Shown here piece after piece: positions 62,177 through 64,000 of a DNA stretch of 64,000 nt. The notes below the pieces were generated by a model. It ran no database searches. It was not told the origin of the DNA and saw only the letters and a list, made by a program, of their open reading frames with translations. How positions within the stretch are numbered: position 1 is the first letter of the stretch; each line of letters starts with the position of its first letter. The stretch covers positions 117,199-181,198 of the forward strand of contig NMRA01000396.1 of the NCBI GenBank assembly GCA_002633005.1, in the 5' to 3' direction. The stretch comes from Phoronis australis (Eukaryota > Animalia > Phoronida). The translations under genes were made by a program, and so were the position numbers.

Positions 62177-64000
62177 ACTGGTACAAACAGGTACGTTGTA
62201 CAATCTATATATAAACGAGGGAACACATTTTTACAAATGACATGGTACAAACGAAAGTGGACAACGTAGTTTTGAACACCTGTTGCATACCTGTAGTTGT
62301 TGCAGTCAACATTAAAGAACCAAGAAACGGAAGAACTGGACTGAAAATAGGGACTTCAGGAAAAAAGCGGGACATTTGGTTCTAAGCCAAAACATAAGGG
62401 CGCTTTAATGTTCGCTGGAACAAACAAAGACGTAGTGACGGCGTTTTTTTGTCGAACGGGAGATGTACATGTAACACCCAAAAATACCCTATATCGTTTT
62501 TGATGTTTTATCTGAAGTTGAATGGGTGACACCAAAGCCCATGAAACATCCCTTTTTCCTGTTAGTGGAACGGCAAAATAAGGGTCTTTCGCGTGGGAAA
62601 TAACAGTAATATACATGTATGATAATATGTCAATATGACAAAAACAGTGACATTTGGTGAGATAGTGGAAACAATCAAATACGTGGGACAAATGACCACG
62701 AGCGAGGCAATTGTTAATTACATTGTACGCAATCAGCAGCACGAAGCACAAAAAAGGGGTTCTTTGATTGGGTAAACTCTCATTTCTTAAATTTTAGTTT
62801 ACGGGTGTAGGTAAGTACTAAGGATAACTATAGGCATACTCCTCAGAAATCGATTTAATAAAAACGGCATCTGGGCTACAGGTACATGTAAACATTGCAC
62901 AAACGAATTATTTCATTTTTGATGATTCATACTCAGATGATTTACTGCAGATGTTACAGGTCAGCCTTTTAAGTTTGTTTTGGTTATTATCCCATACATG
63001 TACATGTGAAAATAAAGAGATCGCATACTTCACGTAATCAACTGTGATACACAAGAAAGTAGAGTCAATCCGTGTATCACGGTAGAGGCTGTAGTCAACG
63101 GTAGAAGCCATATTTCACAGTAGGTGTACAGTATGCTCCTGGAGTAAATTTGCCAAAATTTCATTGGGCTCAATCATTTCTGTTACCCACATCATTAATC
63201 CAAGGCGTCGTTCCTGAAAAACGTAGTTTTCCTGCTCTAAAAATAGAAAAGATATTTCGGCAACAAGGAATCCCACGCAATTGCAAATAAGTCCAAATAA
63301 ATGGGATATCCCATATGCATACATGTAGGAATATTACTGCGATACCCTATCTCGAATTCATTTCATCTGGGAATGTCCCAAATTGACATTCGGTCTCGTT
63401 GAGTAGTAGTATTCGTATGTACATGTACATGTATGTGCGATAACCTAAACTATATAGGACCTTGACAAAGAGAACCTGAGCATGAAACTAAAAGGTTACA
63501 TTTGATACCAGAATAATACAGGCTACAATAAATAACATAATTTGTTTTAATCGTGTACCCCATCTCGGAAACATAAATTAAAAAAAACAATGTAGGTAAT
63601 TTGAGGTGCACCAGACGTGCACAGGCCTCATGGTTAGGCCCATTGCACAAAAATACATTTCGGCAAACACCAAATGCACAGCAAAGTCAGATTCAATGTA
63701 CATTTACTCGCTGATTTTCGAAAGAGCCGGGTGATATTGAAATTCGCGATGGTGCACAGGGTTTTAGCACCACCTACGGATCCCATGTAATGCGGCCAAA
63801 GATAAAACTTACAGCGTTTAAACACCTTTCAGGCGATCATAATATCAGCATTTTTTCAGTACAGTGCAGTGAGGTGTACTAATGCTTTACGGAAAGGGGT
63901 AAACTCCTTGGATTATCATTTGATGACCAAAGACATCATGTTCCATACATTTCACACAGCAAAGAAGATTTCGCTCCAAAGCCAGTGTCTGCTGGAGTAT

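Overview
Eukaryotic (invertebrate-like, ~38% GC, spliceosomal introns, abundant TACATGTA motifs) genomic DNA. The backbone is an old tandem array of a 12-30 kb unit encoding a minus-strand class-B (Methuselah-like/adhesion-type) GPCR with a somatomedin-B-like N-terminus. I can reconstruct two complete three-coding-exon genes (about 771 and 769 aa), an extra copy of the large exon broken by an assembly gap, and several pseudogene relics. The array is heavily interrupted by transposons: two Gypsy relic families, an L1/Tx1 LINE, RTE and CR1-like fragments, hAT5-type MITEs with 5-bp TSDs, a Kolobok-type MITE and others. The most unusual items are two 5'-truncated restriction-like-endonuclease (RLE, HERO-type) non-LTR retrotransposons. 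One (about 4950-6660, minus strand) has a ubiquitin-specific protease (USP/C19) domain fused in frame after the endonuclease and a type-P5 twister-ribozyme-like fold in its 3' UTR. The other (about 60490-61860, plus strand) has a non-circularly permuted hammerhead-like fold in its 3' UTR. All calls are from reading by eye; no searches were run.
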